A DNA stretch of 64,000 nt. It comes from Octopus bimaculoides. Lineage: Eukaryota. The translations under genes were made by a program, and so were the position numbers. Under the pieces are notes generated by a model. That model was not told the DNA's origin, searched no databases, and was given only the letters and a program-made list of their open reading frames with translations. Location: positions 13,631,170 through 13,695,169 of the forward strand of contig NC_068981.1 of the NCBI RefSeq assembly GCF_001194135.2, in the 5' to 3' direction. This document shows, piece by piece, positions 63,299-64,000 of this stretch. How positions within the stretch are numbered: the stretch's first letter is position 1; each line of letters opens with the position of its first letter.

Positions 63299-63712
63299 TC
63301 TTTCCGTTCTTTTCTCTTCATTTTTTCTCTCCTTGTTTCTTTCTGTGTTCCTTTCTGTGGAAGAGTGTAGGCTCGAAACGTTAAGGACTTTTTCNNNNNN
63401 NNNNNNNNNNNNNNNNNNNNNNNNNNNNNNNNNNNNNNNNNNNNNNNNNNNNNNNNNNNNNNNNNNNNNNNNNNNNNNNNNNNNNNNNNNNNNNNNNNNN
63501 NNNNNNNNNNNNNNNACACACACACACATATATATATATACATATATACGACGGGCGTCTTTCAGTTTCCGTCTACCAAATCCACTCACAAGGCTTTGGT
63601 CGGCCCGAGACTATAGTTGAAGACACTTGCCCAAGATGCCACGCAGTGGGATTGAACTCGGAACCATGTGTTTGTAAAGCAAGCTGCTTACCACACAGCC
63701 ACTCCTGCGCCT
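63005..63712 (-). mobile_element. Composite SINE B/C with an insertion and a gap inside its microsatellite
   Basis: Tail 63005-63235, head 63547-63712; insert 63297-63394 and later. Confidence 0.88.
63350..63387 (+). ncRNA. Hammerhead-like motif with variant core
   Basis: CCTTT CTGTGGA A GAGT GTAG GCTC GAAAC GTT AAGGA; helices I-III and GAAA present, but position 6 is U instead of A. Confidence 0.45.
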
Positions 63713-64000
63713 ATGGTTACGTACATTTCAAACGGGCTTTGGATGTCTAGGAATACAAATAATCTCAAGTAAGAAGGTTCGAACGGTAAGATGATATGAA
63801 ATGGATAATCATTGCTTATCAATGCGAACATATGAGGAGATTACTGTATACTATTTGATTTATTGTGTCGAAACAGATCACGTGTGTTCATGTAGTTGCC
63901 TGAGTAAATAGGCCAAGAAAATTAATGTTAAGGATTGCTAGTTATGGTGTTATCAGAAGACTATGGGAGTAAAAAGTAATAGAAAATTTGGCCTAGTTAT

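Overview
Eukaryotic, AT-rich, microsatellite-saturated draft-assembly DNA with 15 N-gaps (~4.4 kb in total). The repeat repertoire (tRNA-headed CORE-like SINEs, abundant (AAT)n/(TA)n/(CA)n tracts) looks like an octopus/coleoid cephalopod genome; this is recognition, not a database result. I found no intact protein-coding gene, rRNA, true tRNA or CRISPR array, only a few weak candidate exons. The window is mostly decayed mobile DNA: 11 fragments of R4/Dong-like RLE non-LTR retrotransposons, nearly all abutting (AAT)n tracts in one orientation; an RTE RT fragment; an internally deleted Tx1/L1-like LINE; a hAT transposase relic and hAT MITE; two mariner derivatives; a canonical non-autonomous Helitron; and more than 20 SINE copies. 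The most interesting signal is a four-copy non-coding family that joins a tRNA-like Pol III head, an (AAT)n spacer and a ~145-bp tail containing a Penelope-type minimal hammerhead ribozyme. It occurs as head-to-head palindromes, and one copy has a 12-bp TSD inside an RTE fossil. At least two further unrelated hammerhead or hammerhead-like families are also present.
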